From: Bacteroidota bacterium
GTDB lineage: Bacteria > Bacteroidota > Bacteroidia > Chitinophagales > CAIODY01
Length of the DNA stretch: 64,000 nt
Direction: 5' to 3'
Assembly (NCBI GenBank): GCA_046051225.1
Contig: JBJOOR010000007.1
Coordinates: 19,307-83,306 of the forward strand
Part shown: one piece after another, positions 21,496 through 31,510 of the stretch
Position numbering within the stretch: the stretch's first letter is position 1
Layout: the number at the start of each line of letters is the position of its first letter
Translations under genes and position numbers: made by a program
Notes under the pieces: generated by a model
Database searches by the model: none
Told to the model about the DNA's origin: nothing
What the model saw: the letters and a program-made list of their open reading frames with translations, nothing else

Positions 21496-21774
21496 ATGGC
21501 AAAATTAAAAGTAACACCAATTGCTGACAGAGTTTTAGTAAAACCTGCTGCTGCTGAAGAAAAAACTGCTTCGGGTATTATCATCCCTGACACTGCTAAA
21601 GAAAAACCAATGAGAGGCGAAGTAATAGCAGTTGGCTCTGGAAAAAAAGACGAACCAATGACTGTGAAAGCTGGCGACACTGTGCTTTACGGTAAATATG
21701 CTGGTACTGAAATCACGATTGAAGGAACAGAATATTTAATCATGAGAGAAGCTGATATTTTCGCTGTTATCTAA
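21496..21774 (+). CDS. groES: co-chaperonin GroES
   Basis: 92 aa. [14 protein letters not shown]...[20 protein letters not shown] is canonical Cpn10. Confidence 0.97.
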   Translation: MAKLKVTPIADRVLVKPAAAEEKTASGIIIPDTAKEKPMRGEVIAVGSGKKDEPMTVKAGDTVLYGKYAGTEITIEGTEYLIMREADIFAVI

Positions 21775-23451
<1,677 letters not shown>

Positions 23452-23456
23452 AATAC

Positions 23457-23492
23457 AAGTGCTTAGTGCTAAGTTTTTAGTGCTTAGTAAAA
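23457..23492. repeat. heptamer-repeat tract (half-element) just after the groEL stop
   Basis: Units aagtgct tagtgct aagtttt tagtgct tagtaaa. It ends with the same tagtaaa(a)tacag junction as copy B and has no complementary arm. Confidence 0.5.
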
Positions 23493-23500
23493 TACAGAAA

Positions 23501-23532
23501 CGCTCAATCGGAAACGGTTGGGCGTTTTTTTT
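23501..23532 (+). terminator. rho-independent terminator of groES-groEL
   Basis: 10-bp stem cgctcaatcg / cggttgggcg (two G-U pairs), GAAA loop, then T8. Confidence 0.75.
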
Positions 23533-23556
23533 GTTTAGAATGATTATATTTGAGGA

Positions 23557-24258
23557 ATGAAATTTATTCAAAAGCATTGGATAGTGTTTACCTTGCTATT
23601 CATTGATTTATTGGCTATTGGTTTCAGTCAAGTTATCAGTGATAGTGATTCATCATTACAGGTCGAATCAATAATGTTGTTCGTTTGTATGCTCATAGCA
23701 ATTGTAGCATCAGTAATATTAGATTTGGTATTCAGCGGCAAACCAAATTTTGTTTTTTTCTTTACCATTTCAAATACGTTGATTAGCATTTTAGTTACTG
23801 GGTTATTAATAATCCAAATTAAAAATTGGATTTCACCCAATTATGTCATTGATGAAGGGAGGGAAAAAATGGTTTATTCAGCCTTCAAAAGTCAAGAACA
23901 AAGAGCTTGTAAGTTAGTTATTGATTCATTGAATAAATTTTATGACAATAAAAATGTTTCCATCAATTTTTCATCCATCAATAATTTATCAGAGAACAAA
24001 CAAGATACTGAGCTATTTCAAATCGCTATTCTGTTTACACATACGCTTGGTTTTAATGCCAATGAACAAAAAGCATTGGTTTCAAACGTAAACTTAATCA
24101 ACAAAACTTTCACTTTTAAAATTGATGATTATGAAACATTATCAGAATACGGAAAAGTTAAGGTAACCTCTAATAACAAAGTGATTGATGAAATTGATGA
24201 AAGAACTTTAAAGTTGATGGATTCAATAACTAATACTTTAAAGGATACACCCCAATAG
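23557..24258 (+). CDS. hypothetical membrane protein
   Basis: 233 aa. About four hydrophobic segments in the first ~95 aa, then a soluble N/K/E-rich domain. No recognisable family. Confidence 0.45.
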   Translation: MKFIQKHWIVFTLLFIDLLAIGFSQVISDSDSSLQVESIMLFVCMLIAIVASVILDLVFSGKPNFVFFFTISNTLISILVTGLLIIQIKNWISPNYVIDEGREKMVYSAFKSQEQRACKLVIDSLNKFYDNKNVSINFSSINNLSENKQDTELFQIAILFTHTLGFNANEQKALVSNVNLINKTFTFKIDDYETLSEYGKVKVTSNNKVIDEIDERTLKLMDSITNTLKDTPQ

Positions 24259-24491
24259 CGTTCGAAATCTTTGAATATACAGAATTACAAATTCGGTAGA
24301 ATAATTCTTGTCGAATCAGATTTCCAATCCAATTCTTTTGCGTTGCAGATTTAACACGAGCGAAGCGAACTGATGAACACCATAAAAAAACATAATTAGG
24401 TTAATAAATCCGTTGTAGCCCAATTCATTTTTATTACCCATTTTTCTTTTCAGCTAACCATATTGCGTTTTTTGCTGTCCCTTTTTTAATT

Positions 24492-24638
24492 TTTGGGGTA
24501 GCTTATTTCAAAAAAGGTGTCCTTTTTTTTATTTCCGCTACATCGATTTCATTTTTCGCTTTACCGATTTGCCAATTCGCTTCCACTTTTTACTAATTCG
24601 CTTTACCGTTTTTGTTAAACGGGGTAGCGATTTTTACT
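24492..24638. repeat. 21-bp-periodic degenerate direct repeats (iteron-like array)
   Basis: Clearest units: ttcgctttaccgatttgccaa (24555-24575), ttcgcttccactttttactaa (24576-24596), ttcgctttaccgtttttgtta (24597-24617). Weaker in-phase copies flank them. ggggtagc recurs 126 nt (6 x 21) apart. Confidence 0.55.
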
Positions 24639-24790
24639 GCTGCTATAGCTAAAATACTTTTCAACAAAAAAATGAGGGCTAAATTTTAATCAATGGCTTG
24701 AAAACGATACAAGAGATAGTATTGTTTTTGCCAAATCATTCGGTAAGGTTTATCAAGTGTTTTGGCAACCTTACTTAGTTAATCATTAAA

Positions 24791-26170
24791 TTACATTAAT
24801 GCTTGTATATCTTTCATAATCCTCAAAGCCATATTGTTGGCTATATTTTCGTACCTACTTTCAGCATATACTCTTATAATAGGCTCGGTATTCGATTTTC
24901 GTAAATGCACCCATCCTTCGCTCATAATTATTTTTAAGCCATCTATTTTATTTAGTTGCTCATTTTTGTATTTATCGGCAATTCGTTCTAAAACAACATC
25001 TACGTCAGTTCCTTTTTCAAGCGTTATTTTATTTTTCGAAATCACATAATCAGGATAAATATTGCGCAAAAGCTTAGTAGTTTTATTCGATTTAGCTAAA
25101 TGCGATAAAAACAAAGCGATGCCTACCAATGCATCTCTGCCATAATGCAATTCGGGATAAATTACTCCCCCATTTCCTTCGCCGCCAATTACAGCATTTT
25201 TTTCTTTCATTAATGCTACCACATTTACTTCGCCCACAGCCGCCCCAAAATGTTCGCCACCATGTTTTTCAGTAATATCTTTTAATGCACTAGTTGAAGA
25301 TAAATTGCTAACAGTATTTCCTTTTTTATGCTGTAATACATAATCGGCAATGGCAACCAAAGTATATTCTTCGCCAAACATTTGCCCCTCTTCGGTTACA
25401 AAGCAAAGCCTATCAACATCAGGGTCAACCACAATACCTAAATCATATCTTTTATGTTTCACTTCATTTGCAATAGCAACCAAGTGTTCGGGCAATGGTT
25501 CAGGATTATGAGCAAATTTTCCATTCGGAATTTCATTTAATACCATCACTTCTTTAACCCCAAGCTGGTTTAACAGCATAGGTACAATGATAGAACCAGT
25601 TGAATTAATACCATCAACAATTATTTTAAATTCTTTTTTTGAAATGGCAGCTTTATCAACTAATGGTAATGCTAATATTTTATCAATATGTTTTTGAAAA
25701 TAAGTATCATCATTTCTCACACTCCCCAAATCATTCACATCAGCAAATGTATATTTCTCTTTATCTGCCAATCTTAAAACCTTTTGCCCTTCGCTTTCCG
25801 AAATAAATTCACCCAAATGATTTAAAAGTTTTAAAGCGTTCCATTCTTTAGGATTATGGCTTGCTGTAAGAATAATTCCACCACCAGCATTTTCATCAGG
25901 CACAGCTATTTCAACGGTTGGCGTAGTTGATAATCCTACATTAACCACTTCAAACCCCATCGAAATTAATGTACCCACCACCAAATGCTCAACCATTTCG
26001 CCACTAATACGTGCATCTCTGCCCACCACCATTTTCTTCTTCCCACTATTTTCATAAATAAACGTGGCAAAAGCAGCAGTATATTTAACTACATCTAAAG
26101 GCGAAAGCGATTCACCAGGTTTGCCACCTATTGTTCCCCTAATTCCAGATATTGATTTTATCAGCGTCAC
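24791..26170 (-). CDS. glmM: phosphoglucosamine mutase
   Basis: 459 aa with a GTG start. ISGIRGTIGG N-terminus, active-site TASHNP, and VVDPDVDR sugar-phosphate mutase motifs. Confidence 0.92.
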   Translation of the reverse strand: MTLIKSISGIRGTIGGKPGESLSPLDVVKYTAAFATFIYENSGKKKMVVGRDARISGEMVEHLVVGTLISMGFEVVNVGLSTTPTVEIAVPDENAGGGIILTASHNPKEWNALKLLNHLGEFISESEGQKVLRLADKEKYTFADVNDLGSVRNDDTYFQKHIDKILALPLVDKAAISKKEFKIIVDGINSTGSIIVPMLLNQLGVKEVMVLNEIPNGKFAHNPEPLPEHLVAIANEVKHKRYDLGIVVDPDVDRLCFVTEEGQMFGEEYTLVAIADYVLQHKKGNTVSNLSSTSALKDITEKHGGEHFGAAVGEVNVVALMKEKNAVIGGEGNGGVIYPELHYGRDALVGIALFLSHLAKSNKTTKLLRNIYPDYVISKNKITLEKGTDVDVVLERIADKYKNEQLNKIDGLKIIMSEGWVHLRKSNTEPIIRVYAESRYENIANNMALRIMKDIQALM

Positions 26171-26190
26171 GATTCTTAAAATTTAGGCTG

Positions 26191-26198
26191 CAAAGGTA
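26191..26198 (-). promoter_or_regulatory. -7 box TAccTTTG for glmM
   Basis: Minus strand reads tacctttg, 20 nt upstream of the GTG start at 26170. Confidence 0.35.
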
Positions 26199-26235
26199 AA
26201 AATTTGCAACAATTTTTTTGATTGATTTTTAAAAA

Positions 26236-26273
26236 TAAAAAAAGACCTGCCTAATATTATTAAGCAGGTCTTT
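26236..26273 (-). terminator. rho-independent terminator of rpsP
   Basis: 10-bp stem aaagacctgc / gcaggtcttt. On the minus strand it is followed by a T-run (A-run on the plus strand at 26237-26243). Confidence 0.75.
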
Positions 26274-26295
26274 ACAATAATAATTAGTTTAAAAA

Positions 26296-26751
26296 CTATT
26301 CAGCTGAAGGAGCTTCTTCGCTAGTTGCTTCCACTACAGCAGTTGCTTTTTTAGGAGCCGATTTTTTCATTTCAGCTTTCAATTTTCTATGAGCATCTTT
26401 TTTAGCATTTGCTTTAGCATCGTGTTGAGCCATAAATTCAGTGAATTTAGTATCCACATCCTCGGCTTTCACAATACCTTTCTTTACACCTCTTAATAAG
26501 TGGCGTTTGTACAAAATACCTTTGTAAGACAAAATTCTATGAGTAGTTTCAGTTGCTTGCGCCCCTTTATCTAACCATTGAATAGCTTTATCAACATTAA
26601 TTTCGATAGTAGCTGGAATGGTTAAAGGATTGTAAGAACCAATTTTTTCGATGAATTTACCATCTCTTGGTGAACGGCTGTCAGCCACTACGATTTGATA
26701 GAATGGTGCTTTCTTGCGACCATGACGTTGTAAACGAATTTTAGTTGGCAT
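26296..26751 (-). CDS. rpsP: 30S ribosomal protein S16 with Lys/Ala-rich C-terminal extension
   Basis: N-terminus [41 protein letters not shown] is canonical S16. An extended tail is usual in Bacteroidota. Confidence 0.93.
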   Translation of the reverse strand: MPTKIRLQRHGRKKAPFYQIVVADSRSPRDGKFIEKIGSYNPLTIPATIEINVDKAIQWLDKGAQATETTHRILSYKGILYKRHLLRGVKKGIVKAEDVDTKFTEFMAQHDAKANAKKDAHRKLKAEMKKSAPKKATAVVEATSEEAPSAE

Positions 26752-27142
26752 AAATAATACGAGTTATTTTTTTGCGGTTAATAATAATTTTTTGAGGGGG
26801 CAAAGCTAAAATTAAGTTCTAAATTATTCTAATATTTTTACAATAAAATTATAAAAACAAAAGACCCCTCATAAAAATGAAGGGCCTATTACTATTAAAC
26901 CACTAATAGAAATATCTTGATTTACAACTTTTAAAAATATTTAAAATTGTAACAACTTTTATGTACTAAAAATACACTACTATTTATGTGGTTTAACTGG
27001 AATAAGAATTTTAGAACTAGCTAAAATTTTGACCCATTGCAAACGTAATATCTGTTTTGCAAAAAAAAACTACGGAAAACACGTATTTTTCTACGTATTT
27101 CTACGTAGATTAAATTTTGAAAAAAAAATTGCGATAAGATGG

Positions 27143-27172
27143 TTTGAATTATTAAAAAAAAATTTACTTTTG
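27143..27172 (+). promoter_or_regulatory. candidate rpmI-rplT promoter (-33 TTTG, -7 TActTTTG)
   Basis: tttg at 27143-27146 and tacttttg at 27165-27172, 18 nt apart. The -7 box ends 22 nt before the rpmI ATG. Confidence 0.45.
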
Positions 27173-27194
27173 CACCTCCAAAAAAAATATCAGT

Positions 27195-27389
27195 ATGCCA
27201 AAAATGAAAACCAACTCCAGCGCTAAAAAAAGATTTACCGTAACTGGAACTGGAAAAGTGAAACGTAGTAAGGCTTTTAAGCAACATATTCTTACTAAAA
27301 AAAGTAAATCACGTAAAAAAGATTTATCTAAATCGGGCTTAGTACATCCAACTAATATGGATAGAATGGCTAAAATGTTATGTATTTAA
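27195..27389 (+). CDS. rpmI: 50S ribosomal protein L35
   Basis: 64 aa. [14 protein letters not shown] is canonical L35. Confidence 0.93.
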   Translation: MPKMKTNSSAKKRFTVTGTGKVKRSKAFKQHILTKKSKSRKKDLSKSGLVHPTNMDRMAKMLCI

Positions 27390-27419
27390 TTAATTATTCA
27401 TCAGTAAATTTAAAATAAA

Positions 27420-27764
27420 ATGCCTCGTTCAGTAAATGCTGTAGCAGCACGTGCTCGTAGAAAAAAAATATTAAAACTTGCTAAAGGTTCTTTTGGTAAA
27501 AGAAAGAATGTTTGGACAGTTGCAAAAAACTCGGTTGAAAAAGGATTGGGTTATAGCTATGTTGGTAGAAAAACTAAAAAACGTGATTATCGTAGTTTAT
27601 GGATTGCACGTATTAATGCAGCACTTCGTTTAGAAGGAATGTCATATTCTAAATTCATGGGTGCTTTGAAAAAGCATAACATTGAGTTAGATAAAAAAAC
27701 ATTAGCTCATTTAGCTATGAACAATCCGATAGCTTTTAGCGAAGTTATTAGTAAAGTAAAATAG
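27420..27764 (+). CDS. rplT: 50S ribosomal protein L20
   Basis: 114 aa. [23 protein letters not shown]...[14 protein letters not shown] is canonical L20. Confidence 0.95.
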   Translation: MPRSVNAVAARARRKKILKLAKGSFGKRKNVWTVAKNSVEKGLGYSYVGRKTKKRDYRSLWIARINAALRLEGMSYSKFMGALKKHNIELDKKTLAHLAMNNPIAFSEVISKVK

Positions 27765-27784
27765 TATATTGGTTTTGGTTAAAG

Positions 27785-27826
27785 AAAAATCCTAGATTTC
27801 TTGTTGAAGTTTGGGATTTTTTTTTG
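27785..27826 (+). terminator. rho-independent terminator of rpmI-rplT
   Basis: Stem aaaatcctaga / tttgggatttt (with G-U pairs), followed by a T-run. Confidence 0.6.
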
Positions 27827-27905
27827 TAATTTGTTTAACATTAAACATTAAAGTGTATCAACGCTTTTCATTTTTTTTGCTCAAAATTTAAACTTTAAAT
27901 AAAAT

Positions 27906-29384
27906 ATGATGTATCAAAAAATTTTAACACTACTATTAGTTGGCAGTTCATTTACATTGAATGCACAGCAAAAACCTGTAATTACTAAACTTGCAACTAA
28001 GCCTACTATTGCAGTAACTAAACCTGCTGCATCAAAACCAATTTCAAAACCAAACTTAAATGTTCAATTAGCCGATGAACATGCACACGAACATGGCCCT
28101 AAAAAACCATTAAAAACTTTAATGGTTGAAACACCAAAAACAGGACTACAAACATTTGTATGGCACAGAGATGATAATACTTTGCCAAAATTCAAAGAAA
28201 ATGACCAACAAGCTTTAAGAGGTAGGTTATATAATGATGCTAGCACATCTATCTTAAATGATTTTGGTTTTAGTGCTGCTGTACCAATTAGCCGTCAATC
28301 ATTTGGTTTTATGTATGAAGGTATTTTAAAACTTGCACCAGGCGATAGTGCCATCTTTCGTATTGTTGCCGATTCTTTATTTGGCAAAAGTTTACCTCCT
28401 GCATTAAAATCAGGCGACTATATAAGATTTTCTTTTATGTCGTATACCAAAGAACAAGCCGACATAGAAGTTGCAAAACAAAAAGCTGAAATGGAAGCAA
28501 AGCAAAAAGAAGCTGAAGCCAATAAAATAAAACAAGCAGCCGAAGATGATGCAAGAATAAAAAGCTACTTAGTAGAACATAATATTTCTAACTTTAAAAG
28601 AACCGATGATGGATTATATTATGTAATCTCTCAACAAGGTAGTGGCAATGCACCACAAATGGGCGAAACAGTGGTAGCAAATTATCGTGGTAAATTATTT
28701 GATGGTTCATCATTCGATTCAAACATGGATTCAGCTTTTCATCACGTTCAACCATTTGAATTTCCAGTTGGGCAAGGTAGAGTTATTCAAGGTTGGGATA
28801 AAGGTTTTATGCTATTTAATAAAGGTACAAAAGCAACTTTATACATTCCTAGTACATTAGCTTATGGAGCAAACGGAGCTGGTGATAAAATTAAAGCCAA
28901 CAGTTGTTTAATTTTTGATGTTGAATTGGTTGACATTAAAGCAGCAACACCACAACATCAGCCAGAAGCAGCCGAACCAGTAAATGATGAAGCTACTTTA
29001 TTGAAATATTTTGCTGATAATAAAATAACCAATTATCAAAGAACAGCTGATGGATTATATTATGTAATAACTCAAGCTGGCACAGGCAATACACCACAAG
29101 TTGGGCAAACAATTACTGCAAATTATACAGGCAGTTTATTGGATGGTAAAAAATTCGATTCAAATATTTTACCTGAATTTAACCATGTACAACCATTTGA
29201 ATTTCCAGTTGGGCAAGGCAGAGTAATCCAAGGTTGGGATAAAGGTTTTATGTTATTTAATAAAGGTACAAAAGCAACTTTATATATTCCTAGTAAATTA
29301 GCTTATGGAGCTGGCGGAGCTGGTGAATTAATTAAACCTAATAGCTGCTTAATTTTTGATGTTGAATTAGTTGACTTTAAATAA
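27906..29384 (+). CDS. FKBP-type peptidyl-prolyl cis-trans isomerase with two FKBP domains
   Basis: Signal peptide. Two near-identical C-terminal modules, each containing ANYRG/ANYTG..DG..FDS...PFEFPVGQGRVIQGWDKG...YIPS.LAYG...IFDVELVD. Confidence 0.9.
   Translation: MMYQKILTLLLVGSSFTLNAQQKPVITKLATKPTIAVTKPAASKPISKPNLNVQLADEHAHEHGPKKPLKTLMVETPKTGLQTFVWHRDDNTLPKFKENDQQALRGRLYNDASTSILNDFGFSAAVPISRQSFGFMYEGILKLAPGDSAIFRIVADSLFGKSLPPALKSGDYIRFSFMSYTKEQADIEVAKQKAEMEAKQKEAEANKIKQAAEDDARIKSYLVEHNISNFKRTDDGLYYVISQQGSGNAPQMGETVVANYRGKLFDGSSFDSNMDSAFHHVQPFEFPVGQGRVIQGWDKGFMLFNKGTKATLYIPSTLAYGANGAGDKIKANSCLIFDVELVDIKAATPQHQPEAAEPVNDEATLLKYFADNKITNYQRTADGLYYVITQAGTGNTPQVGQTITANYTGSLLDGKKFDSNILPEFNHVQPFEFPVGQGRVIQGWDKGFMLFNKGTKATLYIPSKLAYGAGGAGELIKPNSCLIFDVELVDFK
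28561..29381 (+). repeat. intragenic tandem duplication of the FKBP module (period 441 nt)
   Basis: 28561-28940 and 29002-29381 align base for base with high identity by eye. The core PFEFPVGQGRVIQGWDKGFMLFNKGTKATLYIPS is identical in both. Confidence 0.8.
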
Positions 29385-29400
29385 TATTACTTTCATTTGT

Positions 29401-29444
29401 AAGGAAAGTGTATGATTAGTTATCGTACACTTTCCTTTTTTTTA
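29401..29444 (+). terminator. rho-independent terminator
   Basis: 12-bp stem aaggaaagtgta / tacactttcctt, followed by a T-run. Confidence 0.8.
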
Positions 29445-29459
29445 TTTTAAAAATTCAAT

Positions 29460-30311
29460 TTGAAAAAACATACCTACATACTATTTGCGATACTTTTAAA
29501 TTCATTTGTTTTATTTTCAAAAAACAAAATAGCCTATTCAAAAGGATTGGGTTATCAATTTTTTAGCGAACATTCTGCTAATAAAAAAATAAAGAATGGA
29601 GATATTATTTTATACCAATTGATACTAAAAAATGATGTTGATTCAATTATTATTGATACAAAAAAAGAATTTGGTGAACAGCAATTGATGATTGGAAAAT
29701 CAGAATTTAAAGGCGATTTGATGAATGGATTAAAACTTGCACATGAAAATGATAGTGTTTTATTTTTAATTTCAACTAATAAATTATACAAGAAAAATAT
29801 TCCATTTTTTGCTCATGCAAATACATTCATGAAATTTTATTTTAAAATCAATCATGTATTTACAAAAGAAGAATTAAATCAATATCAAATGAAACAATTT
29901 AACAAGCAAATAATTTTTGATGATAGTATTTTAATTAATTATTTTACTCAAAACAAAAACATTCCTCAAAAAATAAAATCAGGACTATATGTCGATTTAA
30001 AAACAAAAGGAATTGGTGGAGATTTGCGAAAAGGTGATTCAATAAAAGTAAATTATACAGGCAGATTAATTAGTGGGGAAATATTTGATTCAAATACAGA
30101 AAAAAAATTTGGACATATAGAACCATTTGGCTTTGTAGTTGGCATGGGCAATGTAATCAAGGGTTGGGATGAGGCCTTAACACTAATGCAAAGAGGAGGA
30201 AAAGCAACTTTTTATATTGCATCGCCATACGCTTATGGTTCGAAAAAAATGGGAACCATTCCTACTAATTCAATTTTAATTTTTGATGTTGAAGTATTAA
30301 AATATAAATAA
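29460..30311 (+). CDS. FKBP-type peptidyl-prolyl cis-trans isomerase
   Basis: TTG start followed by a signal peptide. C-terminal FKBP domain (VNYTGRLISGEIFDS...GFVVGMGNVIKGWDEAL...YIASPYAYG...LIFDVEVL). Confidence 0.85.
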   Translation: MKKHTYILFAILLNSFVLFSKNKIAYSKGLGYQFFSEHSANKKIKNGDIILYQLILKNDVDSIIIDTKKEFGEQQLMIGKSEFKGDLMNGLKLAHENDSVLFLISTNKLYKKNIPFFAHANTFMKFYFKINHVFTKEELNQYQMKQFNKQIIFDDSILINYFTQNKNIPQKIKSGLYVDLKTKGIGGDLRKGDSIKVNYTGRLISGEIFDSNTEKKFGHIEPFGFVVGMGNVIKGWDEALTLMQRGGKATFYIASPYAYGSKKMGTIPTNSILIFDVEVLKYK

Positions 30312-31445
30312 TTATTTTCGAACCACTAAAGTAAACCACCCCCACCCTATTATAGTTGCTGATATGGACGAAATAATTACAGCAAGTTTCGAAATTTCTT
30401 GAACTTGACGAATATCAAAAGCTAAAAGCGAAATAAATATACTCATCGTAAACCCAATACCACCAAGCATTCCAACGCCTGCTATCATTTTTATATTTAT
30501 ATCATCGGGTAATTTTCCGATTTTTATTTTTTGTGCTAAATAGGTAAATAATGTAATGCCAAATGGTTTGCCAATTACTAATCCCAAAAAAATACCTATT
30601 GCATTTGCAGAAATTAAATGCTCGGAAAAATGAGATGGAATAAGAATAGAAGTGTTTGCCAAGGCAAATAATGGTACAATAAAAAATGCCACTGGTTTAT
30701 CTAATTGATGATAAAAATTTTCAGCCAACGATTTATTTTTTATAGATTTAAATGGAATAGCAAATGCCAACAATACACCGCTAAAAGTAGGATGAATGCC
30801 CGATTGAAGCATACAATACCACATTAATATACCACCAATAATGTATAGAATTGAATTGCTGAAATTATATTTATTAGCCAATAAAAGTAAAAGCCAAATT
30901 ATAATGGCAACACTTAAATAAACCAACGAAATATGTTGCGAATAAAAAGCAGCGATGGTAATTATTGCACCTAAATCATCAATAATGGCTAATGATGTTA
31001 AAAATAATTTTAATGATAGCGGAATTCGATTGCCTAACAACGAAAGTATGCCCAATGAAAATGCAATATCAGTAGCCATTGGTATGCCTGCACCCGATTG
31101 CGTTGCAGTGCCTTTATTCAATGCATAATAAATAAATGCTGGCATAATCATTCCGCCAAATGCAGCAGCAACAGGTAATATAGCAAACTTAATATGGCTT
31201 AGTTTGCCATCAATAAATTCACGTTTTAGTTCTAAACCAATCAATAAAAAAAACAAAGTCATTAACCCATCATTAATTATTTCGAGTAATGAAAATTGAA
31301 ATAATTGTAGATGAAATATCTTTATCCAACTTTCGCCAATGCTTGAATTAGCTATCAACAATGAAAAAAAAGTACAAGCAATTAAAATAATTCCGCTTGC
31401 TTTTTCGTGCCTTAAAAAATCAATAAACCAACGTTGTAATTTCAT
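30312..31445 (-). CDS. nhaA: Na+/H+ antiporter NhaA
   Basis: 377 aa polytopic membrane protein. N-terminus FLRHEKASGIILIACTFFSLLIANS and the IIDDLGAI motif are typical of NhaA. Its stop abuts the stop of the convergent FKBP gene. Confidence 0.88.
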   Translation of the reverse strand: MKLQRWFIDFLRHEKASGIILIACTFFSLLIANSSIGESWIKIFHLQLFQFSLLEIINDGLMTLFFLLIGLELKREFIDGKLSHIKFAILPVAAAFGGMIMPAFIYYALNKGTATQSGAGIPMATDIAFSLGILSLLGNRIPLSLKLFLTSLAIIDDLGAIITIAAFYSQHISLVYLSVAIIIWLLLLLANKYNFSNSILYIIGGILMWYCMLQSGIHPTFSGVLLAFAIPFKSIKNKSLAENFYHQLDKPVAFFIVPLFALANTSILIPSHFSEHLISANAIGIFLGLVIGKPFGITLFTYLAQKIKIGKLPDDINIKMIAGVGMLGGIGFTMSIFISLLAFDIRQVQEISKLAVIISSISATIIGWGWFTLVVRK

Positions 31446-31510
31446 TTTAAAATCTCGAAAACAAAACTGAAATCATTTTGTTTTCTTTGCAAAATTCTAA
31501 ATTTATCATC

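Noticed and set aside
23457-23492. CIRCE (HrcA operator) because AGTGCTAA and TTAGTGCT occur next to groEL.
   Set aside because: The tract lies downstream of groEL, not at the promoter. The two halves are direct rather than inverted repeats, and the left half differs from TTAGCACTC. It fits the heptamer-repeat family better.
24492-24638. CRISPR array, suggested by the short direct repeats.
   Set aside because: The units are contiguous 21-mers with no unique spacers between them, and they are degenerate. There are no cas genes in the window.
24728-24774. Overlapping alternative helices just downstream of glmM as a riboswitch-like switch: ttgccaaa/tttggcaa and gtaaggtt/aaccttac.
   Set aside because: They lie 3' of the gene, with no downstream gene on that strand to regulate and no T-run. 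This is more likely a weak terminator or processing hairpin, and the evidence is insufficient.
24259-24790. Possible tmRNA, RNase P RNA, SRP RNA or tRNA in the long gene-free gap. Cues were gcgttcgaaatc resembling a T-loop, ggggtagc resembling a tmRNA 5' end, and gctgctatagctaa resembling a tag ORF.
   Set aside because: No GGTTCGAATCC-type T-arm with a paired acceptor stem. No ALAA-stop tag frame on either strand. No GAGGAAAGTCC or ACAGAACCCGGCTTA RNase P blocks. No SRP GGAAGCAGCC-type motif.
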